A stretch of DNA of 64,000 nucleotides from positions 32,440-96,439 of the forward strand of contig CAZDFA010000001.1 in assembly GCA_964504555.1 (NCBI GenBank), written 5' to 3'. The position numbers and the translations under genes were made by a program. The stretch's first letter is position 1. Each line of letters begins with the position of its first letter. The notes under the pieces were generated by a model, which ran no database searches, was not told where the DNA came from, and worked only from the letters and a program-made list of their open reading frames with translations. Shown in pieces: positions 38,362-49,600 of this stretch. The DNA is from an uncultured Flavobacteriaceae bacterium. Its GTDB lineage: Bacteria; Bacteroidota; Bacteroidia; Flavobacteriales; Flavobacteriaceae.

Positions 38362-39993
38362 TTAGTCATCTATAGATGGTCTATCTTTTAGCGTAAATGT
38401 TTCTTTGGGAAACCAGCCTTCACGAGCATCTATTAGTTTTCCAAAGTAAATAACGCGTTCAGGTTGTCTTTTTTCTAAGTAGTTTCCAGTGTCAAAAATG
38501 CCATTCTTGTTAGTGTCTTCAATGAGCCTAAAAGTGTACATTCCTGGGCGAAGAGTATTAAATGTAAATACTTTTTCTTTGATGGCATAGCGTTCTTCAA
38601 TTAGATTACCATTGTCATTTAGCAACTGCACGATATAGGGGAATGCTTTAGCATTAACAAGCGTTAATTCAATATCGCTATAGTTTAAAAACTGTCTTGT
38701 TCTTGGACGATAATTTAAGGTATCACTTTTGTTTCCAAGAAAATCAGTAAGTGCTTCTGGGAGCAGTTGTATGTAATACTGACCCTCTTCTTCTGTCTCA
38801 AATGTTAGGCTAACTTCACTTTTTCTAGTATCCAATTCACTTGTGAATGGAATGGGAATAGAGTCTTTATTTAAAACCGTAATCAATTCATTATTAATCT
38901 CAGTAATCGGAATACTTGAAGCAATCTGATAGGGTTTGTTCAAAACTAAAACGGCACCGGTTTTTGAGGTTAGGGTTAAAGAATCTGCTACTAGTTGCCG
39001 TAATTTTACAGTCAGTGTATCTCGGTAATCTATGGTATAAGCCTCAAAATTAAGGGAGTCTTTTTCTTCTATTTTTGGTTTAAACCAATAATTAAGTGTG
39101 TCAATGCCTTCTTTTCTTGTGATTAAAGTATCAATAGTAACATTTGAAAGCAAGCCTATAGAGAGACTATCTCCATTACCTGTATATCCAAAATTAATTC
39201 GTTGTTCGGCTACATGCCTAGGTCTTCCAGCCTTTGTAGGAGGATTTTCTTTAAACAATTTAAGATCATAGGTATCATCTGATGGTACGGTAATATATCG
39301 ATCTAAAAAAGCCAATTTGTCCAGACTAGGCTGGTACTTGTAGTCAGAATTATCATCTTTAATGGCAAATATCGCGTAGGTGCCTTCCTTTAAATTGGTT
39401 AGTTCAAAATCGGTAATACTGTCTAAAGTAGTGGCAACGTAGCGCGGTACTTCTTTAAAGACAATTGAGTCTGTATAGGTCGTATCTACCTCGTGCAGAA
39501 CAACAGCTATATATTCTTCGGTTTCTTCAAGAAAAGCGTCTTTTACACTACCTTTTACAGTAAGACTATCTATATAATCTCCAGTTGAGAAAATGTATTT
39601 AAAGAATGGATAGGGATTGCCTTCATTATTGTCTACAATACTTTGACCAAAATTGAAAACATAAGTAGTATTAGGTTGTAAAGTATCTTTTATATCGATA
39701 GAAATATATTTGGTAATATTCCCTTGAGGTCCAATTATACTATTTGTTAATGGAGGCGAGATCACGACTTGTTTTCTCTGATCTTCTAAGGTTACAAATT
39801 CATCAAAATAAATACGTATGCGATCTGCTTCAAAATTAGTCGTAAAGTTAGGGGGATCAGCACGCACAAAAACAGGAGGCAAACTGTCTATAGGGCCACC
39901 CGATGGACTACCTTGCTTGGCACAGGTGGCCATAGAGAGTATAGCAATTAATGCTAATAAAACTTGACCCAATAATCCTAACCGTAAGCGCAT
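38362..39993 (-). CDS. Ig-like (Big_5) domain lipoprotein
   Basis: TCAKQGSPSGGP.D..PP, I.FDEFV, YRLIED.N.NG..DTG; start moved to MRLRL. Confidence 0.8.
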   Translation of the reverse strand: MRLRLGLLGQVLLALIAILSMATCAKQGSPSGGPIDSLPPVFVRADPPNFTTNFEADRIRIYFDEFVTLEDQRKQVVISPPLTNSIIGPQGNITKYISIDIKDTLQPNTTYVFNFGQSIVDNNEGNPYPFFKYIFSTGDYIDSLTVKGSVKDAFLEETEEYIAVVLHEVDTTYTDSIVFKEVPRYVATTLDSITDFELTNLKEGTYAIFAIKDDNSDYKYQPSLDKLAFLDRYITVPSDDTYDLKLFKENPPTKAGRPRHVAEQRINFGYTGNGDSLSIGLLSNVTIDTLITRKEGIDTLNYWFKPKIEEKDSLNFEAYTIDYRDTLTVKLRQLVADSLTLTSKTGAVLVLNKPYQIASSIPITEINNELITVLNKDSIPIPFTSELDTRKSEVSLTFETEEEGQYYIQLLPEALTDFLGNKSDTLNYRPRTRQFLNYSDIELTLVNAKAFPYIVQLLNDNGNLIEERYAIKEKVFTFNTLRPGMYTFRLIEDTNKNGIFDTGNYLEKRQPERVIYFGKLIDAREGWFPKETFTLKDRPSIDD

Positions 39994-40050
39994 ATTACCT
40001 GAAGTAATTCTTTTATGCAAAGAAACACATTTTTGATTGGAACGAAATAG

Positions 40051-40731
40051 TTATACGGCTATTGCCATAGCAGCAATACTTAACGTTATTTTAGGTATTT
40101 GTAATAAGGTTAGTCCGCAAGATTCTAAGGTTGCGCCAGTGGTAATGATATCATCAACAAGCAAAATATGTTTTCCTATTAAATCCTCATAATTAGAAAT
40201 ACCAAAAGCCGTATATATTTCGTCGTTTCTAGCAGATCTATTTTTAAAAACCTGCGTCTTGGTATCTTTTATCTTGTGGAGCACTGTGTCATCATAAGTA
40301 GCTTGTAACTTTTCTGCCAATTGCTTTCCAAAACCTGCTACCTGATTGTAGCCTCTTTTGCGCAATTTATTAGGATGCAGTGGTACTGGAATAATAATAT
40401 CTATTTTTTGATAGGCTACTTCATTTGCAAGTTCGGTGCCAAGCCAATTTCCTAAAAAACCACTTATGTTATCCTGATCTCTATATTTAAGATTGTGCAT
40501 CAGCTCTTGTATAGGGCCTTTCTTTTCAAAATAGAATAATGCTGTGCCTAATTTTAAAGGCAGCCTTCCATAAAATACTTTTTTAAGAGAAGCATCGTTA
40601 AACTTATGAAAATTAGTAAGTGGTAGTCTGTGCCTGCAAGAAGTGCAAATAAGGGCTTCATATTGATCTAGTATCGCAGTGCAACATGTACAGCGTTTGG
40701 GATATAAGAAGTTTAAAAGTGAATGGATCAA
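40051..40731 (-). CDS. comF: ComF family phosphoribosyltransferase-like protein
   Basis: N-terminal CxxC...CxxC, VPLH...RGYNQ, LLVDDIITTGAT. Confidence 0.9.
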   Translation of the reverse strand: MIHSLLNFLYPKRCTCCTAILDQYEALICTSCRHRLPLTNFHKFNDASLKKVFYGRLPLKLGTALFYFEKKGPIQELMHNLKYRDQDNISGFLGNWLGTELANEVAYQKIDIIIPVPLHPNKLRKRGYNQVAGFGKQLAEKLQATYDDTVLHKIKDTKTQVFKNRSARNDEIYTAFGISNYEDLIGKHILLVDDIITTGATLESCGLTLLQIPKITLSIAAMAIAV

Positions 40732-40784
40732 TTGAACAATAAAATTTTACCTAATTTAACCACTTTCTTTACAATAAGTGCTCC

Positions 40785-41666
40785 ATGAGTCCAAAAAGCA
40801 ATACAACTGTATTACAGGGATTAATCATTTTGTTAACCGTATTGTTATTGGCTTTGGGTGTTTATACGTTAATATTCCATAAACAAGTCAATAATAATAA
40901 AGCACAATTCGAGCAGGAAAAACAAATATTGAAACAAGAATTAACTGCAGAAATAGCCAAGTATAAGTCTGTAGTTAAAGAAAAAGAAGCTTTAGTTAAA
41001 GATCTGGAAGGAGCTATGGCCTCTTTGGACTCTATTAAAAATGCAATCACCAAAGAAACTATAAGCCAAAGCGATATATTTTTGTATAAGTCAGAAATAC
41101 AGCGACTTAAAAACGAACGTATCTTTTTTGTGAGACGTAATGATAGTTTAGAGCGTGCCAACGAAAATTTGGCGGCCTTACAAGAAAAGACCCGTGTAGC
41201 TCTAGATAGTATTGAAAAGCAAAAAGATGCCCTTAAGGCTCAAAATCGTGTATTGCAAGAGAATCTAGCCAAGGCTTCAAAATTAACTGCTAGTAATCTC
41301 ATTTTGAGAGGAGTAATACAGCGCAACAGCGGTAAGCTTGTAAGAACTCAAAATGCCAAACGAACAGAAATGATCAATGTAGTTTATGAGGTTAATGAAA
41401 ACCCATTGGCCGAAACTGCAGATCTGCCTTTTTATACTCAGGTTATTAATGAGGCAGGTGAATTTACTGGTATTATAAGGGAAGTTGTTTTCCCCGACGG
41501 GACGGTAATTACCTATAATACACTTACTATCGTTCCCTATAAGAAGAAAAAATTTACGGTTAGTGAGTTGGTATTACCATTTCAACGCTTTGACTCTGGC
41601 ACATATACCATCAATGTGTATTTAGGCAGCCGTCTTATGCTTTCAGACCAACTTATCTTAAAATAA
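40785..41666 (+). CDS. Membrane-anchored coiled-coil protein with a C-terminal beta domain (conserved hypothetical)
   Basis: One N-terminal TM, heptad-rich middle, GTYTINVY end. Confidence 0.7.
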   Translation: MSPKSNTTVLQGLIILLTVLLLALGVYTLIFHKQVNNNKAQFEQEKQILKQELTAEIAKYKSVVKEKEALVKDLEGAMASLDSIKNAITKETISQSDIFLYKSEIQRLKNERIFFVRRNDSLERANENLAALQEKTRVALDSIEKQKDALKAQNRVLQENLAKASKLTASNLILRGVIQRNSGKLVRTQNAKRTEMINVVYEVNENPLAETADLPFYTQVINEAGEFTGIIREVVFPDGTVITYNTLTIVPYKKKKFTVSELVLPFQRFDSGTYTINVYLGSRLMLSDQLILK

Positions 41667-41700
41667 GCAGCAACTGGCTTTTAAATTAGCCCTGTATTTC

Positions 41701-41708
41701 TATTTTTG
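41701..41708 (+). promoter_or_regulatory. -7 element TATTTTTG for glycine--tRNA ligase
   Basis: Exact TAnnTTTG upstream of the gene. Confidence 0.5.
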
Positions 41709-41756
41709 TGCTTTTCCAAGTTTCACCTACGCCGAAACTATTAAATCCTAATCATT

Positions 41757-43295
41757 ATGAGTGCTCAAGCAGATCAGTTTAAAAAAGTAATCTCCCATGC
41801 TAAAGAATATGGCTATATTTTTGGAAGTAGTGAGATCTATGATGGTCTAAGTGCAGTTTATGACTATGGACAAAATGGCGCACAGCTTAAAAAAAATATA
41901 AGAGACTACTGGTGGAAAAGTATGGTGCAAATGCATCAAAATATTGTAGGTCTGGATGCTGCTATTTTTATGCACCCAACTACATGGAAAGCTTCAGGTC
42001 ACGTAGATGCATTTAACGACCCACTCATTGATAATAAGGACTCTAAAAAAAGATACCGTGCAGATGTCTTAGTAGAAGATTATCGTGAAAAAATAAATCA
42101 AAAAATCCAGAAGGATATAACCAAGGCTCAAAAACGCTTTGGAGACGCCTTTAATGAAGAAGAATTTAGAGCCACCAATCCAAATGTGCTGAGACGACAA
42201 ACCGAAATTGATAGAATCTCTAAGGAATTAACTAGAGTTCAGGAAGAAAATGACTTAGCAGGATTTAAACAACTCATTGAAGATTTAGGAATTGGCTGTC
42301 CAGAAACTGGATCTAAAAACTGGACAGACGTAAGGCAATTTAATCTCATGTTTGGCACCAAATTGGGAGCATCTGCAGAAACAGCTACAGATTTGTATCT
42401 ACGACCTGAAACTGCACAGGGTATATTTGTAAACTTTCTAAATGTTCAGAAAACAGGAAGGATGAAAATCCCTTTTGGTATCGCCCAGACAGGAAAAGCA
42501 TTTAGAAATGAAATTGTAGCTAGGCAATTTATTTTCAGAATGCGAGAGTTTGAGCAAATGGAAATGCAGTTTTTTGTACGACCTGGTGAAGAATTAAAAT
42601 GGTATGAATACTGGAAACAAACACGGCTAAAATGGCATTTATCATTGGGCTTGGGAGAAGAGAATTACCGTTTTCATGATCATGATAAACTGGCGCATTA
42701 TGCCAATGCAGCAGCTGATATTGAATTCAATTTCCCATTTGGATTTAAAGAATTAGAAGGTATTCACTCCCGGACAGATTTTGACCTGAAAGCACACGAA
42801 GAGTACTCAGGTAAGAAACTACAATTTTTTGATCCAGAATTAAACCAAAGATATGTGCCATACGTGGTAGAAACATCCATTGGATTGGATCGTATGTTCT
42901 TGGCTGTTTTTTCTAAATCCTTGCAAGAAGAGCAGCTTGAAGATGGTTCTTCAAGAGTGGTTTTAAAGTTACCTGCAATACTAGCACCAATAAAAGCTGC
43001 TATTTTACCATTGGTTAAAAAAGATGGCCTGCCCGAAATTGCCAAAACTATTTTAGAAGATCTAAAATTTGATTTTGATGTATTGTATGATGAGAAGGAT
43101 GCGATAGGTCGGCGTTATCGTCGTCAAGATGCAGCTGGCACTCCATTTTGTATTACTGTAGATCATGACACAAAAGATGATCATAAAGTAACTATAAGAC
43201 ATCGTGATAGTATGCAACAAGAGCGCGTTGCTATCCCAGAATTGCACAACATACTGCGACAAGCAACTTCGTTTAAAATGTGGTCTGAAGACTAA
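41757..43295 (+). CDS. glyQS: Glycine--tRNA ligase, single-chain (alpha2) type
   Basis: YLRPETAQGIF, FRNEI, REFEQME, AHYA, GRRYRRQD. Confidence 0.97.
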   Translation: MSAQADQFKKVISHAKEYGYIFGSSEIYDGLSAVYDYGQNGAQLKKNIRDYWWKSMVQMHQNIVGLDAAIFMHPTTWKASGHVDAFNDPLIDNKDSKKRYRADVLVEDYREKINQKIQKDITKAQKRFGDAFNEEEFRATNPNVLRRQTEIDRISKELTRVQEENDLAGFKQLIEDLGIGCPETGSKNWTDVRQFNLMFGTKLGASAETATDLYLRPETAQGIFVNFLNVQKTGRMKIPFGIAQTGKAFRNEIVARQFIFRMREFEQMEMQFFVRPGEELKWYEYWKQTRLKWHLSLGLGEENYRFHDHDKLAHYANAAADIEFNFPFGFKELEGIHSRTDFDLKAHEEYSGKKLQFFDPELNQRYVPYVVETSIGLDRMFLAVFSKSLQEEQLEDGSSRVVLKLPAILAPIKAAILPLVKKDGLPEIAKTILEDLKFDFDVLYDEKDAIGRRYRRQDAAGTPFCITVDHDTKDDHKVTIRHRDSMQQERVAIPELHNILRQATSFKMWSED

Positions 43296-43452
43296 ACTTT
43301 TTAAAGTTTTCATTAAATTACCAGATCAATCACCTGTAAATATTATGGCACTTACTTTATAAGCCTTTTATTTTAGAGGATTTGCCAATTTTTTTGCATA
43401 ATTTTAGCGATTAGTATTTTAATTTACTTAATCATTTAAATAATATTCAATT

Positions 43453-46158
43453 ATGATGAAAATTACAAAGTTGGTTTTTACTTGTTTACTTTTTTTAAGT
43501 ATACAGGCAATAGCTCAAGAGGCTGTAGGACCTAGCTCTGTTGGCACTATTGATGGTCCAATTCTAGTTCCAAGTATTGCAGATCAAATACGAAATGGGA
43601 CTGTCATCTATGCCGACAATACCCCTGTAGAAGGGCATCCAAAATTGCGACACGGCAACCGAATAGTCCCTGGTAAGGGACTCCCAAAGGGGAATGATCC
43701 TTTATTAGGTATTCAAGAGCAGGCAGAGCAACGCCAAACAAGAGCTCCCGATTTGATATTTACTGCTGATATTTCGCAGGCCACACCATCAGATCCAACA
43801 GGAGCTGCTGGACCTAATCATTATTTGGGTGCTTGGAATACTGCATATCGTATTTTTGATAAAAGTGGAAATCCCTTAACGGCAGAATTGTCGTTGGGTA
43901 CTTTGTTTCCAGGAAATGCAATAGGTGATCCAATAGTTTTTTATGATGCTAATGTAGATAATGGTGCAGGTCAACCACGCGGTCGATTTGTGGTAACAGA
44001 ATTTGATAGTAATCCTAATGGATTTAACGTAGCCGTATCTGCGGGGCCAGATCCAGTAAATGATCCTTGGAATGTCTATACGATGAATTTAGGTACTGGA
44101 AATTTCCCTGATTACACAAAATTTGCCATTTGGGGAGATGCCTATGTAGTAACAGCGAATATCAATCCAGGTGGAGCAGCCATGGGAAATCGTGTTTTTG
44201 CAGTAGATCGTGAAGCAATGATAGCAGGAGACCCTAACGGTTCGGTTGCATTTGTTGCCTTTCCATTGCCTGGTATAGCTACTAATGGATTTTATAGCCC
44301 ACACGCATTTCATACAACAGCAGATGAAGCTGTACCTCCAGGAACTCCAGCACCAATTATTTATATGCAAGATGATGCCTGGGCTGGTGTGCCAACTGGG
44401 ATGGATCATCTACAAATTTGGGAAGCAACCATAGATTTTGATACGCCAGCTAATAGTAGTATAGTAACTGCACAAGAATTAGCCGCCAATGATAACAATC
44501 CAGATGAATTAATTTCTCCATTTGTTTCGGTTTTTGATGGTGGTAGTTTCTCAAACCGCCCTCAAGGAGGTGGTGGCGATATAGATATCCTACAAGCAAC
44601 AGTAATGAATCAAGTACAATATAGAAGATTTGGCACGCATAACTCCGTGGTGTTGAATTTTGTGATAGATGCAATCGCTGGCGGTGGAGAATTGGCCGCT
44701 ATACGGTGGTATGAGCTACGACAAACTGCAGATGGCATGCCTTGGACTGTTTTTCAGGAAGGCACCTATACAGCCCCTGATGGTAGAGATGCTTATTCAG
44801 GTAGTATGGTTATGAATTCTCAAGGTGATATTGCGATGGCCTATACGTCGTCTTCTGCTACAGATCGTATTTCTATACGATATACAGGACGCTTTGATGG
44901 AGATCCTCCAGGTGTGATGACTGCATTAGAGCAGACTATTGCAACTAGTAATGCAGCCAATCCTTCTAATAGATTGGCAGATTATGTGCATTTAACAAAT
45001 GATCCAGCAGATGATTCTTTTTGGCATATTGCTGAGCACTTTGAACCATCTCGTAGAGATGTTGTAGCAAACTTTACCCTACAGGCTCCAGAGCCTGATG
45101 ATATAGGTGTTGCTAGTATTGATAGCCCAACTAGTGGTAAATTGACAGCTAGTGAAACTATAGAAATAACGATTACAAATTTTGGAAGTAATGATATTAC
45201 AGACCCTATGGTTCAATATACTATTGATGGGGGGGCTGCAATTACAGAACAATTCTCCGGAATTCTAGCTGCAGGCACATCAGCTTCATTCTCATTTAGT
45301 CAAACTGTAGATTTATCTGACCTTGGGGCTTTTGTTATCGCTGCTTCTACGCTTTTAGAAGGAGATTCAAATCCAGAAAATGATGAGGCAAGTGTCACGG
45401 TTACTAATTCACCTGATTTGCCAGATGCTTGTATTCCAGATTCTGATTGTACGTTCCCCGATGGAGTTACTGTTATTGATATAGCAGATCAAGATATTAT
45501 TTCGGAATGTACTGAACCTGGAGGATATACGGATCAAACAGATATTATTTTCACTTTTGATCCAGATGATAATACTGTAGATGGAATTATTCAATTAGCT
45601 TTTGCAAATTCTAATTTTGCATTATTTATAGATTTTGATGATAGTGGTGTTTTTGAAACAAATGAACTTGTTGGTGAAGGGCTTGCAGGAGGAGCAAACA
45701 CAGATTTTCCTATAACTCTTGACTTTACTGACTTTACAATTGAAGAAAGAATAGGCTCCCACCGCTTTAGAGTTCGCGGAGCTGATCAAAATAATGGAGC
45801 TGGTGATGTAACGGATCCTTGTGGAGATTTAGTATTTGGTAGAACGAACGATTTTACTGCTTTCTTTGATGAATCATTAAGTGTTGGTGATACCGTGTTT
45901 GATGATTCTCAATTCACAATAGTTGAACATCAAGAGAATGTCTTTGATATTTCGCTAAGAACTCCTTTTGATGGTAATGCTGCAATAAGTGTATTTAATC
46001 TTATCGGACAGCAAGTAGTGTTCAATAATTTAGATAAAGAGGGTGATGCCTTTAATTATCAATTGGATATGAGTTTTGCTAAAACTGGTATTTATATTAT
46101 TCAGTTTGGAGATGTAAATGGAGGAGCTACCGTGACAAGAAAGATAGTTGTAAAATAA
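43453..46158 (+). CDS. T9SS type A CTD secreted protein (unknown N-terminal domain, CARDB-like Ig, GEVED-like domain)
   Basis: Signal peptide; ITITNFG...GILAAG (CARDB-like); LFIDFDDSGVFETNE...HRFRV (GEVED-like); VFNLIGQ...GIYIIQ...TRKIVVK (CTD). Confidence 0.85.
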   Translation: MMKITKLVFTCLLFLSIQAIAQEAVGPSSVGTIDGPILVPSIADQIRNGTVIYADNTPVEGHPKLRHGNRIVPGKGLPKGNDPLLGIQEQAEQRQTRAPDLIFTADISQATPSDPTGAAGPNHYLGAWNTAYRIFDKSGNPLTAELSLGTLFPGNAIGDPIVFYDANVDNGAGQPRGRFVVTEFDSNPNGFNVAVSAGPDPVNDPWNVYTMNLGTGNFPDYTKFAIWGDAYVVTANINPGGAAMGNRVFAVDREAMIAGDPNGSVAFVAFPLPGIATNGFYSPHAFHTTADEAVPPGTPAPIIYMQDDAWAGVPTGMDHLQIWEATIDFDTPANSSIVTAQELAANDNNPDELISPFVSVFDGGSFSNRPQGGGGDIDILQATVMNQVQYRRFGTHNSVVLNFVIDAIAGGGELAAIRWYELRQTADGMPWTVFQEGTYTAPDGRDAYSGSMVMNSQGDIAMAYTSSSATDRISIRYTGRFDGDPPGVMTALEQTIATSNAANPSNRLADYVHLTNDPADDSFWHIAEHFEPSRRDVVANFTLQAPEPDDIGVASIDSPTSGKLTASETIEITITNFGSNDITDPMVQYTIDGGAAITEQFSGILAAGTSASFSFSQTVDLSDLGAFVIAASTLLEGDSNPENDEASVTVTNSPDLPDACIPDSDCTFPDGVTVIDIADQDIISECTEPGGYTDQTDIIFTFDPDDNTVDGIIQLAFANSNFALFIDFDDSGVFETNELVGEGLAGGANTDFPITLDFTDFTIEERIGSHRFRVRGADQNNGAGDVTDPCGDLVFGRTNDFTAFFDESLSVGDTVFDDSQFTIVEHQENVFDISLRTPFDGNAAISVFNLIGQQVVFNNLDKEGDAFNYQLDMSFAKTGIYIIQFGDVNGGATVTRKIVVK

Positions 46159-46181
46159 AGCAACATATTAGCTTATAAAGT

Positions 46182-46211
46182 AAAAAGGTTCGGCATTTGC
46201 CGAACCTTTTT
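46182..46211. terminator. Bidirectional intrinsic terminator
   Basis: AAAAAGGTTCGGC-ATTT-GCCGAACCTTTTT between convergent genes. Confidence 0.92.
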
Positions 46212-46239
46212 AAGTTTACAATAATTTTGATCAATAAAA

Positions 46240-46596
46240 TTATCCCTTTTTCATCTCTACAATTTCGACTGGATTGGCTCTTGGGCACCTATTTGGTCTA
46301 CGCAGCCCTCGGAAAGTAAACCATACATTCATACCATCTTTTTTAAATTCATCTGTTAAGTTGATAGGATCAAAAGTAGCTCCTGTGTCTACTGAAATGG
46401 TATATGCGCAATCTCCTTCTGCATCAGAATAGGAAATTGTTCCAAAAGAAAAACCTTGGGCTATCATAGCTTCTTTATTTACTGTTTGGGCAGCTGTTTC
46501 TTTAGTTGCTTCTGCCGTTTTTTTTGTTGATGAACACGATGCAGCACAGCAAAAAATAGCTGAAACTAATCCTGTAATAACGAGTACTCTCTTCAT
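46240..46596 (-). CDS. Small lipoprotein, hypothetical
   Basis: Lipobox AASC; conserved C.Y.I...DPINL..EFKKDG..VWFTF..LRRPNRC. Confidence 0.75.
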   Translation of the reverse strand: MKRVLVITGLVSAIFCCAASCSSTKKTAEATKETAAQTVNKEAMIAQGFSFGTISYSDAEGDCAYTISVDTGATFDPINLTDEFKKDGMNVWFTFRGLRRPNRCPRANPVEIVEMKKG

Positions 46597-46628
46597 AATT
46601 GGTGATTTTGTTGCTATGTTTTAAACTT

Positions 46629-49600
46629 TTAAAAGAAGGCCTTTAATTGCACATTCCCCGTATTTATTGTTCTGGTACCTTCACTTTGTCTTCCAAAATA
46701 CGAAATATTTAAATCTAAATACTTCGTCAATCTACGTTGCACGACCAAATTCCATGTAAAGTTGGTTCCTGGCTGTAAGCCTTCTAAAATCTGGAAGCCA
46801 ACAGGTGTAAATGCATCTCCTTCAAAACGATTTTCAACATAATTAAAACCTCCATTTAACGATAGCTTCTCTCCTGTAGAAACGGCAAAAGTGATGCCAA
46901 GGTTATTTTGACTCAATGATTCAAGCTTGCCAATTTGATTTTCATTTTGCTCAAAGGTATAATTAAGAGCGATTCGTGATCGGTCATTAATAAGATAGGA
47001 TATCTGTGGAGTGAGCTGTAGTTGTTCCAATTCAAAATTACGAGTTGGAAAGTTTTCGGCATCGCTAAGCGAATTACTCAAACTACCAGTTAAGTTAAAC
47101 AGCCAAGTTTTTTTGACTTTGTGTAAAAAATTGAGTTGATGACTGGTCAAATCATTTTCCTGTAGGCCAGTGGAAAGCAAATTTGTGGTTCTGGTATTAA
47201 TAAATGTATAAGAGCTCGTGTAGCGTTGTTTACCTCTATTAAAGAAAAAAGTATTGCGTACACTCAGGTTAAGCCCAATCTCATCATCACTTTCAGTAAA
47301 TGGATTAATGCTAAAGTCTGAACCTTCTCGCAATTCCCTACGGTCAATGATATAACTACTTTGATTGTAAAAATGGGACAAGAACTTTTTAAACCCTTTT
47401 TGACCAGACCATTGCTGCGCATTTAGGATTAGCTGTTGGCTCAACCTATTTTGATGAGTTTGTACAAACACTTGATTGGGTAATAATACGCGAATAAAAT
47501 TGGCCTCATCCATAAATTGAGCTAGATCAAACTCTTCCAATTGTTGTATGCCATCACCATTAAAATCATTCCAAGTATGTGTGCCTTGTCCTTCGTCAAC
47601 TTCCACGAAAGTAAATTCTTGCTGGGGTTGGGTACCTGAATTGGTTTCATAAACTGTATTCCACCGTATTCCATTTTTAAAAAAGGATTGGTCAAAAAGC
47701 AATCTAGAGTTTATAGAAGTTTCTGAGTCTATCGTCTCATCTTCAAAATCTAGCTGTCTAAAATTGGCAAAAAAGGAAAGATTGGTGTTTTTATTTTTGA
47801 TCAATTGCGATTTGAGAAAGTAGGTGTTAGAATTATTTACTCGAGTACGCAAATTATTCCGCAGACTATCATTAACACGATACCGATATCCTACTTCTAC
47901 AAAAACCTTGGTGCTATCTCCTATGCCAATACTGCCTTCATATTGAAAAAAGCGCTGACTATCTGGAGTAAGAGAATCATTGGCTTTGGCACGGCGCAAA
48001 TTATCTTCGGTATAAAACTTACCTCCTAACCAAGCCTTTTTATAGGCATACACAGCACTGCTATAAACTTTGGAAAAAGTTGAGGTAAAATCAACATCAT
48101 CGGTATCTAGAGTACTAGCAATAACTTGTCCTTTTAAGGATTTAGTATCTAGTAGCCCTGCAACAGTATGTCTTCTTCCAGAATAGACACCACTAAAATC
48201 TAAATTTTCAAACGTGTAGGTCGCAAAACTACCACCAGAAGTTTTATAGTTGAGTCCTGTATTTAAAAAACTTTGGTTGCCTAATAGACTACCATTGGCA
48301 TCAGCCAAGGAATTGGTTAAATTCCAGTCTCGGTTGAATTCTACATTGTAGAGTCCTTCCAGGTTTATAAAATTCTGTTGTACGAAATCCCATTTGGCGA
48401 AAGCGTTTAAACCTCCAACACTATCTTTTTTCCAGAGTTGTTGATTACCCTCAAAATGTCCGGCAAATGCTGTATTGTCATCATCATCTATGTCTGAAAA
48501 TAAATTCTGATCGTTTCTACTAGCAGCAGCTTCTATGGCAATATTGGTTTTTTCATTAGGAGTGTAACTTCCATTAAGAATAGCCAATTGTAATAGCGTA
48601 GGTGCAAAAAGTTGTGTTATGGGTGCAAAATTTCCTTGAGGAATACCATTAATAGGAGCGACATACTCAAAAGTACGTTGAAGTGTGTTTATAGTACTTA
48701 CTATATAATCCCCTTGATTTGGCCCGACTTCTCTAAAGCTTACACTAAAAAGCTCTTCCTCGGGATCGATGCTAAACTCAAAAACCTCCACGTCATCAAT
48801 AAAAAAACGCCTGTATAGAATTCTGTTGTCATCAAACTCTTGTGGTATAGCACTAGGAGCAAAAAAAGCCTCTTGGTTGTCACCAGCTTGTTGTAGAATC
48901 GCTATTTGGGTGTCATTGAGGTTTTGCTGCAAAGGTTGATTGCGGGCATCAGATTCTGAGTAGACTTCAGCGCCAATTTTGAATTTATCATCGGCAATAA
49001 ACCGACCACCACCATAACCTACAAAGCGTGTGAAATTACGTTCACTAGATTGATACTCGACTACAATACGCATCTCACTTGTAATAGGGAAGGTGGAGTT
49101 AAAGCGTATTTCTCCAGCGTTGTAGTCAATCACATAATCTGCACCTTCACCGCGTTGTAATAACAACCCATTTGCAAAGACACGTTCACTACCTGAAATA
49201 ACTAAAACAAAAAGCTCGCCATTAGGCCCTGTAAGTTTATAAGGCCCTTGATTGCCTTCCTGCCCTATAAAATTACTTTGAGTAAATACCCCGCGTACCA
49301 GTGCTCCTGTTGCAAAAAGTTCGGTTTTGTTATCACTATCCTTACCCAAAGTACCACCAAGAGAAAGCCCTTGTATTTTTTTGGTAAAACGACCAAAGTA
49401 GGAGTCATTATTTTGCAGGTTAATATCCCCTGCACGTATATTCCAGCTATCAGTAAATAGCTCTATAAAAATCTGATCAAATTCATCAAGATTTTGAGAA
49501 AACCCACCTTCCTGACTTGGGATATTGGCATCTTGTAAGGAGGCACGCAGGGTTACTTTATTATTGAGCTTGCCACTTATTTGCAAATCCAATTCAGAAA

